From the NCBI RefSeq assembly GCF_009914755.1, contig NC_060925.1: a stretch of DNA of 64,000 nt. One strand, given 5' to 3'. A model generated the notes under the pieces. That model had not been told where the DNA came from. It saw only the letters and a list, made by a program, of their open reading frames with translations, and ran no database searches. The position numbers were made by a program, and so were the translations under genes. Below are positions 30,533 through 48,329 of the stretch, piece by piece. Numbering within the stretch: the stretch's first letter is position 1; the number at the start of each line of letters is the position of its first letter. Origin of the DNA: the human T2T-CHM13v2.0 reference genome, Homo sapiens.

Positions 30533-30930
30533 TGCTTTCTAAGTCCATTTTCTGTTACTACAATAGAATATTACAGACTGTGTAATTTATAAAGAAAAGA
30601 AATGTATTTCTCATAGTTCTGGAAAATCCAAGAGCATGGTGTTGATGTCTGGTAAAGACCTTCTTGCTGAGTTAGTTAGCCCATGGAAAACAGGCAGAAG
30701 GACACACAGGCATACAAGGCACAGAGGTAAATGAGCTGAACTCCTCCTTTCTATTAGGAATCCATTCCTGGCATACCTAACCCACTCCTGAGATAATGGC
30801 ATTAATCCCTTAATGAGGAAGGAAACCTCATGGCCTAATTACCTCTTAAGGCCCTGCCTCTTAACACTACCACAATGGCAACCAAGTTTCCACCAACTAA
30901 ATTTTGGGGGAACACGTTCAAATCATAGCA
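30533..30930 (-). mobile_element. MST-type MaLR solo LTR inserted in L1
   Basis: 'agtccattttctgttacta...taatttataaagaaaagaaa...cacgttcaaatcatagca'. Confidence 0.85.
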
Positions 30931-32930
30931 AATTCCTTATGTATTTTGGATATTTTGTATATTAAATTCATATCAGATGTATAGTTTTCAAACAGTTTCT
31001 CTTCATTTATAGGTTGTCTTTTCTTTCTTTTCTATTTTTTATTTTATCTTTTTTGTTTGCTTTGCAGAAGCTTTTTAGTTTAATGCAATCCCACTTACAC
31101 AGTTTTGCTTTTGTTTTCTATGCTTTTGGTGCCATACAAAAAAATTATTACCAGGACCAAGGGCAAGGAAATATTTCCTATGTTTTCTCCTAGGAGTTTA
31201 ATGGTCTCAGGTCTTAAATTTAATTCTCTAAGTTGTTTTCTGTGTATGGTATAAGATAAAGATCCCACTTATTGTTTTTCATGTAAATATCTAGTTGTTC
31301 CAACACCATTTGTTATAGAGACTAATAACCACATTGTATATTCTTTGTGCCCCTCTCAAAAATTAGTGGACTTTTCATGTGTGAGTTTATTTCTTGGCTC
31401 TTCATTTTGTTCCATTGGTCTGTATGACTGTTTTTAAGCCAGCACCATAATATTTTGAATACAATAGCTTTGTAATATAATTTGAAATCAGGAAGTTAAT
31501 TCCTTTAACTTTTTTCATTTTTCTTAAGATTGCTTTGGCTGTCTGCGTTTTTTGTGTGTGTGTGTGTGTCATTTCATACATATTTTAGAGGTTTTTTTCC
31601 CTAATTTGGTAAAAGATGACTGAAATTTTGATAGGGATTTTATTGAATGTATAATTTAATTTTGGTAGTATGGCCTTTTTTCAATATTAATTCTTCCAAT
31701 TCATAAATATGGGATATAATTCTCTTCATTTGTATCTTTTCCAATTTCTTTCATCACTGTATTATATTACACAAATCTTTCACCTTCTTGGTTAGCTTTA
31801 TTCCTAAATATTTTGTTGATTTTGGTGCTATTGTAAATAGGATTATTTTCTTCATTTTCTTTGGAAGTTTTGTTGATGTAAAAAAACACAAGTGATTTTT
31901 GAATATTAATTCTGTATCCTACAGCTTTACTAAATTTGCTTATTAGTTAACAGCTTTTAATGGGGTCTTATAGGTTTTCTACAAATAGAATCATATCATC
32001 TGCAAAAGTAATTTTACTTTTTCCTTTCTATTAATTTCTCATGTCTAATTTCTCTGGCTAGGAATTTCAGTACAGTGTTACACAAAAGTGGCAAGAGTAG
32101 GTACTTGCCTTGTATCAGAGTACAGAGGCAAAGTTTTCGGTTATTCCTAATGGATTATGATGTTAGCTATAAGCGTTTTATGAATGGTCTTTACTGTATT
32201 GAGGTAAGTTCCTTTGGTAACCAATTTTGTTTAGAATTTTTATCATGCATATATGTTGAACTTTGTCATTGTCAAATGTTTTGTCTACATTTATTTTACG
32301 ATAGAAAAATGTAATCCATTTATGTTTAAAGTAATTATTAATAGGTAAGGACTTACTAGTGCCATTTTGTTGTATTCTGACTGTTTTGTAGTTTAATCTT
32401 TGTTTTATTCTTTCTCTCTTGTCTTCTTTTTAATGTGATTAATTTTTTGTAATGGTATGCTTTAATTCCTTTATCTTTTTTGTATGTGGTACAGGCTTTT
32501 GCCTTTGTATGTTGTGGCTACTATGAGGCTTACATAGAATATCTTTTAGTTACGATATTCTATTTTAAGTTGATAACAATCTAACTTTTACTGCATACAA
32601 AACCCTACATTTTAACTTCCCCTCCACCAACTTTTATGTTATTGATGGCACAATTTACCTTTTACATATTAAGTTTCCATTGCCAAATTATTATAGCTAG
32701 TTCTTTTGAATACATTTGCCTTTTTACTTTAATACTAGAATTAAAAGTTATTCATGCACCATCATTAGAGTATTAGAATATTCTGAATTTGAATATAGTT
32801 TTACCATTATAGTGAGTTTCATACTTTCATATGCATTGTTAGCATCCTTTTGTTTCAACTTGGAGAACTTCTTTATCATTGCTTGTAAGACAGATCTAAT
32901 TGTGATGAACTATCACAGCTGATTTGTCTG
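30931..32930 (-). mobile_element. Old L1 (L1MA/MB-like ORF2 3' part, then an older L1M piece from ~32290)
   Basis: Antisense ORF2 motifs 'tgcagaagctttttagtttaatgcaatccca', 'ttttgatagggatt', 'atcatatcatctgcaaa'. Confidence 0.8.
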
Positions 32931-33530
32931 AGAGAATAGAATTACATATTCACTAAGATAGACTGCACGTTTGGTCATAAAATAGATCTTCATAAATCTA
33001 AAAGGATTGAAAACCTGTGACTATGTTTTCTAACCAAAAACAAAATTCAGTTAGAAATCAGCAATAAAACATCTAGGAAAATCCAAATATTTAGAAACAA
33101 GATGATGCGTATTTAAACAATTCACAAGTCAAAGATGGAATAAAAGTGATATTGGCAATTTTTTAAGTGAATATCAAAAAAACTCGCACTTCAAAATTCA
33201 TCAAATACAGCAAAGAAAGCAATTCATGAAGGGAAAGTTTAAATACCATCTTGAATACTTTTAAAGCCAGTGACTTAAGGATCTATATTAAGAAGCTAGT
33301 AAAAGAAAAGCAAAATGAGCTCAAATAAGTAAGAGGAAGGAAATAATAATGATAACAACAGAAATCAATTTTTTAAAAGCAGATGAACAATAGAGAAATT
33401 TAACAAACACAAAAATGTGTTCTTTAAAAAGATCAACAAAATTTACACATTCCTCTAAACACTGACCAGCAATAAAGGAAGAGAACACAAATCAATAATA
33501 TTATAAATAAAAAACAAGGTCATCACAATA
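32930..33530 (+). mobile_element. Old L1M ORF2 (endonuclease/adjacent) fragment
   Basis: 'cattcactaagatagac'-like, 'ttagaaatcagcaat', 'ttctttaaaaagatcaacaaaatt'. Confidence 0.7.
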
Positions 33531-34666
33531 GAAAGAATACTTACAGTGTCATTATAAAAATAGTTTTGACCTCAAGGGCTGGGTATTTTTAGGTGTGATA
33601 CACCCAGAGTGTTTTTAGTCTTTATTTTGTCACATTACTGGTTTTAAAATTACCTTTTTTATAGCTTCTTAAAAATATTATTTTCAGATCAAATGAATCA
33701 ACATTTATCTTGATGTTTGGAATGTTTATGGCCATTTTTCTTTCTACAGGTTGATTCAATATGTTTTTTAATTTGCATGTTATTTTACGATTCCCAACTG
33801 TCCACTTTAAATAATTTTCTAGTTCATGAATAACGTACATTCAAATTATTTACTTTTGCCCTAAAAAATGAAAACAACTATTTAAGAATAGTATTAACAT
33901 TAAAGTAGGATTAAGCTTTTGGAATGCCTCATCTCCTCTCTATTATATTCACTCATTTAATTACTTCTGAGACCTATCAACAACTAAGATGCTTCTAAAA
34001 TCTTAATATTTTTCCTAGAAATAAAACTATTAATCTTTATCTCTTCTCCTTCTCTAGAAAACTTGAATAGTCTATACCCAGATGTAAATATCATGGATTT
34101 TTTTTACTCTCTTCTTCAAGCAAAAGACAAACCTCTTAAAAAAGATTAATATTGGCAAATTAAGGTATCACCAGTAGGACATAAATAGAATTATTTTTAG
34201 TTTATACATGTGTTTGCAGACCAGTGTTTAGAGACTGTTTGGTGAAGTCAAACCCTTTAATTTTAAAAGCAAACATTTGTTGAATCAGTCAATCTTTAAA
34301 CATTGTACTATATTTATGATCTTTTCATCGTATAACAAATTATAGCTCCTTTTAGTCTGCTTATGGCTCCTCCAAGATACTGTGGAAACAACCCAAATTG
34401 CTTCTAACCCAAAAGATAAAAGTTCAGATTGTCCCCTCTTGTACTCTTTTAATGAAGATGAAACCAACCCTGTTACCCTATCTACAGATGACTGGGGCAA
34501 TTATTTCTGAAGCTGTAAAGGTAATTACATATCAGCTAGCCAAAAGAAAGAGACCAACCAAGTCAAATCTGTGAAGCGCATACTTCCATATATGTTAGCC
34601 CACGGTGAGTAATGCAACTATAAATTGTAAGTGAAGAAGGAGAGTCTGCAATTAAAGAATACTCCT

Positions 34667-34959
34667 GGCTAGGTGCGGTGGCTCACTCCTGTAATCCCAA
34701 CACTTTGGGAGGCCAAGGCGGTTGAATCACGAGGTCAGGAGTTCGAGACCAGCCTGACCAACATGGTGAAACCCCATCTCTACTAAAATACAAAAATTAG
34801 CCAGGCATGGTGGTGTGCACCTGCAATTCCAGCTACCCAGGAGCCTGAGGCAGGAGAATCATTTGAACCTGGGAGGCGGAGGTTGAAGTGAGCCAAGATC
34901 ATGCCTTTGCACTCCATCCTGGACAATAGAGCAAGACTTTGTCTCAAAAAAAAAAAAAA
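34667..34959 (+). mobile_element. AluSg-like
   Basis: 'atcacgaggtcaggagttcgag'; TSD aaagaatactcct at 34654-34666 and 34960-34972. Confidence 0.95.
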
Positions 34960-35479
34960 AAAGAATACTCCTTTGCACATTAACTTTATATTTTTGCTCT
35001 CTAGGATGCAAACAATAAACCTCAGAACATCTCAAACCCAAGGAGTCTGGGTGAGTGAGAAAGTTACTTTCTATACTACCTTTGTGTTACTTTATTCTGT
35101 TAAGCCAGAATTCCTGGAGGTATTATTATTTTCTTATATTTGGTAAACTTTGGATTATCTATCCATCTCACAGTAGCTTTCTCACTTGCGTAGAACTGTT
35201 TCTCACCCACAACAATGTGTTTTACCTGAAGTCAAAATTTGACTTAATAATTATGAGTGTTTATATTAAAAATTATAAGTTTATCATTGTTATTAAAACT
35301 GAAGTCACAATCAGAAATCCTTGGAATAATTAAAAACATCTGAGGCTAAGAGGCCTTGTAAGAAACTCAGATTCTGATACCCTAACTGAATTGTGTGAAG
35401 AATCTAGGTAGATAGATAAGGGTAATTGAATAGGTGCCAACAAGTAAATAACGTTGCAAGAAAACATTGATAAAATACT

Positions 35480-36105
35480 TATATTATATATGGCAGTAAC
35501 TGTGTTAAATGCTTTATATTCAATTAATGTAATCCCCACAATATAATCTGGAAGTGGTTCTATTTTTACTTGAAAGAGGCATATCAACTTTCCCATGGTT
35601 ATAATTACAATAACATTGAAACAAGTGTGCTAATCGTCATGCGGACTGACTTCAAAGTTTATAATTCCAAAGCCTATTTTAATATGTCCATGCATTATTT
35701 TCATCAAAAGCAACTGAGGAGCTCATTAAACATACAGATTTCTAGGATCCACATCAGACATTAAGAATTTTAATCTCTGAGTTCCAGTTAGGAAGTATAA
35801 ATACTTAATAGATAATGAGAATTCTGGGTGATTTTGTTACTGAGATTCATAGTAAGATACATAGGTTCTAGATAATGAGGCACCAAATCAAAGCCAAGGA
35901 GGGAAGCTTAAATGGAAACAGTTGGATAAGCCTGAGAAATAAAAACAAGTGACATTTTTGTTTGAGTGTGGCTCCACAAGGGAATCACTTGGAGAACTTT
36001 TAAAAACCTCCATGTGTTAACTCTACTCCAGACCCATGACATGTGGGTCCTTCACATCAGTACTTCAAAACTATTCCCAGATGATTTTTAATAAGAAACC
36101 AGGTT
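35480..36105. mobile_element. MIR fragment (-) followed by two MER5-like (hAT) fragments
   Basis: MIR 'taatccccacaataatctggaagtggttctatt'; MER5-like 'acagatttctaggatccacatcagac' and 'gaatcacttggagaacttttaaaa'. Confidence 0.5.
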
Positions 36106-38899
36106 TTTCATTAACATACAACTAAAACTAATTTGGAAGGATTTCTCCTATTAAATGTGACAATTGAACAAATTAAAACAGCCTCTCTGATCTCTGTTAT
36201 ATGTAAGAGGAGATCATTGGAGGTCTTTAGAGAGTGCCATCTGACTATTCTTATTTATGGCAGTTTGCCAAGCATGTGTATTCTACACATATCTAATAAT
36301 CTTATTGGTGTTCGGCAACATAATAGTTAATAATGACAAACTTTGTTTTCTATCTGAGTTTTGAGTTTATAAGAATAAATGATTTTAATTCATGTTACCT
36401 CACAAAGATTCCCATTGTAATTGCTTGTCATTGCTCAAATTCCTGATAAATAGTATATTTTACACCTGAAAATTTAAATTATAACCAAAAGTTGATATAA
36501 GAATTTTAAGAGGAGCTAAGCTGTGGTAACAGCAAAACCACTCCATGCTTTCAAATCAATTTATATGCCTAGATCTAGGAAATACACTAAAATGTTCCCT
36601 TTCCTTTCCCTAGAATTTATAAACAACATTTATAATTTAGTTAAAAAAATTCTGTATCTCTATTATGATGGAGGATAGTGGAAGTAGGAAAAAGTAAACT
36701 AAAGTAGCAAAATATACTTTAGAAATGAGTTTATTTAGAAACTCACTAGTACGGCATATGAAATAAGTAAACAGAATGTGTTACCAATGGTTCAAAATAA
36801 TTTGGCTCTACCATACTTGAAATTCTGATGTATATTCAGTTTCATTGACTCCTTCTTAGAAAACAGAACTCTTAAGAAAATAAAAATGCTCTTTTAGATA
36901 AATATATCTTTACCTACCTAATGTGACATGATTATTACTGGAAGAATATAATACCCTTCCTTTTTACTCCAATAAGTTGGTATATTTTAACTTTATTTTT
37001 CTAAGTGTATTTTATTACCTGAAATTGGCTGCAATTACTATATTTAGAAAGTAGATAATAAAACAACGTAGCATCTTAAACTATTGATATTTTAAAATAA
37101 GCAGAATCTAGAAAACTCATACATTTTTATACTTTATTAACTATTGTAACATCATTGGACCTGTTTCATAGAATGGCTGTGTCTAGAGACTCCCTAGAGA
37201 AAAATTTTTATCTCTAGACAATCATTATCATCGCAGAGAGACTACTCATAACAAATGCTTTTCTAAATTTAATTGGTAACTTTGCTCTTGATATAGATCA
37301 AGGACCAACAATACCAAAGTTATATGCTGACTTGCATTTGTTTTTTCCGGAGAGATATGAAATTCTCTGTGATTAAACTGCAGCTGAAATTGCTTTCACA
37401 TAAATACTTAGTAGTTTATTTTGCAATGGTAAAAGTAGTAACAAACCTCAAATTTTCAAAGTTGAAGATGATATCAAAAATAACTTTTAAAATCTGTAAA
37501 CAGAAAAGTTTAAGGACAGCTTTTAAAAACTGGGTTTGAAAAAGCAAATAAAATGCTCTAGATAATTCTCACTAGGAAAATATTTATCAGTTAGGATACC
37601 CAAATATTTTTATCTATATTCCATAATGCTACTTTATAGTTTGGATTCCCTTGGCTAATTTTCAAAATAAATCAACCACTGCTTGGCTTCTTCAGTATAT
37701 TGCACATTGCATATTTTCAACTGATATTAGTTCTTTGGATGAATTCCAAGAGAAATAAGGCATTATTAATTGATCTATTTATAACTGATTTAGCAGTGCG
37801 TTTTTAGTGTTCAATCTATCATTATTTAACATTGTATACTTTACTACAATACACAAATCTGTAACTGTTTCTTTTTAATAATCATTTGCAACCTGATGTT
37901 CAGGTGCCCTAGTTTTGTAGGGTCCTTAACTTTTAATAAGTGGGGACCTGGCTTTAGGAGACCATTGACTCTGACTCTGATTTGTGACTCAATGAGCTTA
38001 AACTGTCAAATTGAAATTAATGTATAATTGAAACTAGTTATATTGGTTGTTAAATGACCTGGGTGAGCCTACCCCAACAAAACCTTCTTTTAAATACATT
38101 CAAGCATACATAAAATGTAGTTCATATTTATTAACTTCTTATATGCCAGGAACAAATGTAAATGCATTGTTTACAGTAATCACACCATAACATAATGATT
38201 CAAGTAATTAACTTTGCCCTTAACTTATTTTCATTTTATTTTGGTCTCTATATATGGATATGTAATGGTTAATATATTGTAATAGTAGAAAATGTTAAAA
38301 GTATAAAAAGATATACAGAGAAAACAATCTCCCACCTTTGTCTCCCATTTATCCAGCTGCTATCTGCATCTACGCCTTGAGCCTAGTACTTTTTGAGGGA
38401 ATGACTCCTTAAGAATAGTTTATGCTCCTTTGGAAATATGTCTGTTTAGATTTTTCTACCTCTGTATATGAGATTTATAAAATGTATCTTTTTATTTGTG
38501 GTGTTTTCATTTTTATTTCTTTATTTTAAAAATTATTCCAACAATGGAAATTCATTTTGGTTTCCAAATTTCCAAATGGAAGGAGGATTTTTCTTTCCAA
38601 TATTGTCTTCAATTTCTCATGTCATTAAGTAGTGTTCAGAAAAGGTTTGTACTACTAATTTTTTGGAATTATTGTATATGCTTTATGCTGTAAAGTCAAT
38701 TTTCATAACTATTGAATGAAAATCTAGAAAGATATACTCTTTTCAGGTTCTAAATTTTGATATTAATCAATCAGATATATCCAGTTAATTATATTTATTA
38801 CCACTTCCACATCTTGTTTTTGTTGTATTCATTACTCATGAGCTAAAAGTCTTTAACTTTTACCAGTGAATTTTTTGTCTTTTTCTCCTTCATGAATGA

Positions 38900-39445
<546 letters not shown>

Positions 39446-39480
39446 AAAATTACACCTATTCTATTATAAAGTAATTGCCC

Positions 39481-39978
39481 CTGCTTTATCAGTTTTCTAT
39501 TCCACATAAGAAACCATATCAACCTTTATTTATTGTAAGATTCTGTGCATGGGCAGTTTTAGCTGGTTTCAACCAGGGAAGGGCTTTTGCTGGTCTCAGA
39601 TGGTGTCACTCATGCTTCTGCCCTTAGGTGCCAGATTGCCTTGAGACTGGCTGCTGTAGGAGGGCCTCACGTGGAGTTCTGGTGTCTTGTGTCTGCTCTC
39701 TAGGACTGGGAGTTGTCCAGTAGGCCAGCTCACTTCTTCATCAGACAATGTGCAGAAGTGTTCAAAGACTCATACATCTTTATAATGAGTGTTCTAATAG
39801 ATTGGAGCTAGCATTACATTACTTTTGCACATTGTCTTGTCCCAAACATGTCTGAAGACCATTTCAGAACGAAGGGAAAGGGATATAGACTCACTGTTTA
39901 ATGGGAGTAACTTCAAAGTCACATTGCAAAATACATGTCCCTAGAAAAGGGTTACGACCAATTTTATATCAATCCACA
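39481..39978 (-). mobile_element. Old MLT1 (H/I/J-like) LTR
   Basis: 'gggatatagactcactgtttaatgggagtaacttcaaagtcacattgcaaa'. Confidence 0.65.
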
Positions 39979-40077
39979 ACTATTTTCCTTGTGTTTACAT
40001 TGGCCTACCACTACTTTGCTCATTTTGTTTTTTTAATTCAAACTTTCTTACTTCCAGTATTCTTCCTTAGGGGAGCA

Positions 40078-40574
40078 CAGTAGTCCTTCCCTTACTGCAG
40101 GGGGATATGTTCCAAGATCCTTGGCCAAGGTCTAAAACCGTGGATAGTATCAAACCCTATATATACTATGTTTCTTTCCTATGTCTACATATTTGTGATT
40201 AAATTTAATTTATAAATTAGGCAAAGTAAGAGAATAACAAAAATGACTAATAATTAATTAGAACAATTAAGTAAAATAAGGGTTACTTGAACACAAGGCA
40301 CTGCAATGCCACAACAGTCATTCTGTAAACTGAGACAGCTACTAAGTGACTAATGGGCAGGTAGACAGTGTGGATCTGCTGGACAACGGGTAAATTCATG
40401 TCCTGGGAGGAATGGAGAAGACAGCACAGAATTTTATCATCATATTCAGAACAGTGCTCAATTTAACAAAGGAATTGTTTATTTCTGGTATTTTCAATTT
40501 AATGTTTTTGGACTGCAGTTGACCATAGGTAACTGAAACTGGAACATGAAACTGTGATTAAGGAGGGACTACTT
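40078..40574 (+). mobile_element. MER44 (Tigger7-derived) non-autonomous DNA transposon
   Basis: TIRs 'cagtagtccttccctta' / 'taaggagggactact'; internal 'aagtaaaataagggttacttgaacacaag'. Confidence 0.85.
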
Positions 40575-41119
40575 TCTTTTACATACGGAGCGGACTTAAC
40601 TTTGTGACTCAAAGTAAATATTAATATTTCTCTCTTGTTTGTAAATACAAGAATAAAGCCCTTTACATTTGTCCATATGACAGATATTGATGGCTGTATT
40701 TGTCATCTTGTTTTGTCATCTTTTAAGGGTTTGTTAGGCATTGCAAAAAGTCTTTCCTAATAATTCATTTAGTCCACTACCTCTTAAGCTAGTTATCTAT
40801 TTACTCTCTACAGGAGCAATTGTAAAATTAATGTTATGTTTTCAATAATATTTTATTTCTAGTTTTAAATTTACTTTCCAAAATTTTAATTTGTACTATG
40901 AATATTTTCATAATGCATTGAATGATTTCTTAGCTTTAAATAACATTTCTCTAGTCTAAATTGTTGCAGATAAAGAGTCATTATACTATCTTATGATCTT
41001 CCTCTCTCAAATTTTATTAGTTGTACTATTTCTGTAGGGTTAAAACATATACTGTTTATATTTTTTCTTGATAACCCTAACTTCCATGCTTGATTTAGTC
41101 TTGTTTCTAGAATTAAATA

Positions 41120-43872
<2,753 letters not shown>

Positions 43873-44740
43873 TATATTTAATGCATATTATTAGCGCTTA
43901 CCTAATATGTTTCTTCATTATCTTGTGTTGTCTAAAATTTCTACTCTTAATTTCCTGGTGAATTATGCAAATCTTTTTGCATTTGTGCATATTATGCTGT
44001 TTGGCTTTTGACTTTATTCCTAAAATATGTTTTCTTGGATTATAGTTTACTTTGCTTGTGGCTACACAAGTGTTTTTCACCTATGTTCTAGTGTTAAAGG
44101 GAGAAATATACGACTAGAGTGCTTTTTGTCTGTAGAATTGATTTTGTTTTACTGCTTGGATACTAAAAACTCTTAATTTATATTTAAAATACAAAACCTT
44201 TAATAGAGCATCTTCCTGTTAACTATTAAAGCTCAAAATTCCCTATTGTGTTCCCTTTCTGTATGTGGAGTTCAATTATCTTTTATTTTAGGGAAATGTA
44301 TTGAATTATAGCTTTAGTTTTTTAATTTAGATCTCTGTTTTTTGCATATGGAGCTTTTCCTTTGTCTATTGTTTCCCTACTATATTTTTTAGCTCTTTAT
44401 TTTAAATTTCTATTTGTTCTTTTTCTTTCTTTGATTCTATGATTCTCTTTGTTTCTATCTTCTTTCTTTGTTATTTCACTTCTTTTCTATTTATATTTTT
44501 ATATCCTTTGCTCTGATTTCCACAATGGTAATTATTCTTTCCTTTTTTTTTTTCAATTTGATGTTTCTGTGACTATTTTAACTGTATTTATTACCTTAGT
44601 TCTCTCAGATTATATTTTATTGGCTTTTGTTTTCTTACCTTCTCTTGCCCAAGTTCCAATAGTTTTGTTTTGTTATGTTTAAGTACACAACTACTTTGTT
44701 AAATTATATTTGTTTATCATGCAATTCTTATTAAGCACTC

Positions 44741-45036
44741 TTCTTTTCTTTTTTTTGAGACGGAGTTTTGTTCTTGTTTCCCAGGCTGGAGTGCAATGGC
44801 GTGATCTTGGCTCATTGCAACCTCCCCTTCCCAGGTTGAAGTGATTCTCCTGCTTCAGCCTCCTGAGTAGCTGGGATTACAGGCACGCGCCACCATGCCC
44901 AGCTAATTTTGTATTTTTAGTAGAGACGGGGTTTCAACATGTTGGTCAGGCTGGTGGCAAACTCCTGACCTTGTGATCCGCCCGCTTCGTCCTCCGAAAG
45001 TACTGGGATTACAGGAGTGAGCCATTGCACCCAGCC
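44741..45036 (-). mobile_element. AluS (Sq/Sp/Sg-like)
   Basis: Full dimer with T tail. Confidence 0.95.
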
Positions 45037-46181
45037 AACCACACTTATTTTTTGGCTATGTTTTGGTGAGTGTTCTTTAAATAAGCATAATTTTCTGATT
45101 TTTCCTTCATTTTTCTTATACTACCCTTCTAACTATGCTGTGTCACTTCATTTTTTGTTACTCATATTTGACCGTGTACATTTTTCTGATTCAGCCATTT
45201 TTCCAAGTTTTCTTTAGAGAAAGAGTATTTTCTCCCAGGCTATCTGGTATGCACAATCCATAGTGTCTCTTCTCATTTGCTGCCTTAAATGCAGATGACA
45301 TCAGTAAATATCCCTTATCCTATTTCCTTTTACAATTGACTGATTTCCAAGCTCCTCTCAAATTATAAAGATGACTCTATCTTCTCAGTTTCTATATCTT
45401 TTATTACAAAAAATAAATAAATATTTTTCACATGAGGGTCTTCCCTGTGCCTTTAGTATGTGTATTTTCATTGCATTTTTTTCTTATTGGATTCACTCTT
45501 AGCTCTCTTTTTTTTAAATCTCCTTTCGGATTGCTTTATTAACCTCACTTAACTGTGACACATTAAAATTGCAGAGTGTATAGGTTGACTATCACCTAGT
45601 TCCACAAAGTAACTAGAATAATGTACATATTCCCCAACATATACTTTTTTATATTTTTGACTTTTTGTTACATTTATTTGCATTATACAAGTATCAAAAA
45701 ATTAAGTTTTGCATCAAGTTCCTATTGAAAATCAAGAAATGTACTATTCATAATCTTTGTTTTATAATGAGGAAATTCGAGCATATGGTATTTAAGCCAT
45801 ATGCAACCAATTAAGCAATCAGTAAGGAGTAGAGCTAGGTTTCCACTCAGAGAATCTGGCCCCAGAAACCATGCTCAGGAACGTATACAATATTTCTGAG
45901 AAATTTAAATATGATTCTAGTTCTAGGTTAACAACGAGTATACTAATTATAGCAAAATATTTTCCCCAGATGAAATGGAAGATTATGCACACAAAACCAT
46001 AATTAATTTTCTTACTGCTCTTACCTGGAGGTTGAACTAATACTCAGTAGTTGAATGCTACACACACACACAGACAACACGTATATATACACATAAACAC
46101 ACATACACATAGTATAGCATTAAAAGGTATCTATGACTAGATGAATATAAATATTTTAATGTGTATTTTAAATAAATTTAA

Positions 46182-46563
<382 letters not shown>

Positions 46564-48329
46564 ACAAAGGAAGTATATATTTTTTTACTCAGGTATTATT
46601 TTTTACCCTTAATAATACCCTATTTTTAAAAATATTGCTCATATATTTATTAAACAAAAATTGTCACTAAAGTTTTTTTTATCTGTTTTGTATGTTCTAT
46701 ATGTTATATTCTCCCTCTGTTCTATTATGCAATTTATTTTTCAAATTCTCTCTTCCATGTGCTCTAAAAAGGTGGTTGAGATTTCTGTCACAAGTTTATG
46801 CTATTTTTTTTTAAATTCACTCTTTTTTTTTACTGTTTACATTTATAGCTACTAGGAGAATGTGTTTCCATTTATTGCCTCTGATATTCAAGAATACAAC
46901 TTTTGTTTATTTCACTTTATTGTTACCTCTTTCTTCTTTCTATTTAGCTTTATTTCTTCTGAATGGATATCACCTGTGAGTTCTGTGACACAACTTTACA
47001 TTTATTTGTGTCCTACATCTCACTCTGCTATGACATTTTATTCTCTTAGGCTTTGCAATAGAACTCATCCTCATCATCAAACACAGAGTAAGTAAGTTGA
47101 GAACACTATTTTATATTTTTAAGATAAAAAGGAATTTAGTATTTTGAAGTTTTTTAAACTTCTTACACTCATATTTCTTATTTTACTTACTATAGTGAAA
47201 TATATAGTGGAGTAATGAAAAATTCGAAGGGATTCGTTTAACATAAGTTCCTTTTTCATATGTTAGATTGAATAATCTTCATACAACTTGAATAAATATT
47301 AAACAATTGACTGGCTTTTGTTAGTTCATTGTACATGCTAAACATTTTTTGAGAGGTTTTCATTGTTGCTTCATTACCTAAAAATGTAACCTCTACTAGC
47401 AACATTGGTTTATTTATTATTCTCTTTGCTTATATGGTCTCATACATAAATTGGAAAATATTTTTATTTTCAAAGTCAACAAAATTATAATTTATGACAA
47501 TTTTAATACCTATGTTTGAGTCATTACAAAACTAATTTTTTATTGAAAATGTCACAAATGTCATTACTGAAACAATTATATATATATGTAATTCAATCTG
47601 TGTGTAGAATATATATATTCAATATATATTCAATCCGTGTGTAGAATATTGTTTGGAGATTGGGATCACCGAAGTGTTAGAAATTGCACTGAGCTAATTT
47701 ATACATACTTAATGGTAAGTGATTTTTTTAATATGAGAAACTCCTAGATATTAGAGCTGAGAAAGAAAAGATAGACTCTTCACCAGAGACATATGATGCA
47801 TCACAGATAGCCATTCATAAAAAGGGAGTTTTGAATTACATTTCTAAGTTAAAGAAAATACTCAAGATCATCTTAACTTAGTGGTGAGCAAACTTGTATT
47901 TTCTTTATAAGAGAGTAACTCCATTAAGAAGAATAATGATTATGGACCAAGTTTTGCTTTATATGTAAATATTTATTTATTTAAAAATTAGGCATCTAAA
48001 ATTGATATATGCATTATTTTATTCCCAATTACTTAAGAATTTATGTTCTGTGGTAACTGTGGTCATGGTAAGTGAAGTTTTAGCTATTATTTCAGGAACC
48101 ATATAATTATCATGCATTGCCATTCCTGGTTGTAACACCAGGCTTTGGTACACATTTTTTAAATGAAAAAATATGTTCTCAATCAGAATATGGCTTACCT
48201 TCCTTTGGCTATATTATTAATTGATCAGTTAAAATAACTTGTTCCTTAATATAATTTTAAAATAGATGTTTCTTTCACGATAAAAGGTGAAGTTGTAAAT
48301 TTTAAACTTAATTTTGGGATTAAGAGGAT

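Noticed and set aside
47591-47649. Short local duplications (also 42661-42703, 51074-51124, 21235-21261, 12542-12576)
   Set aside because: Ordinary slippage duplications of 12-27 bp.
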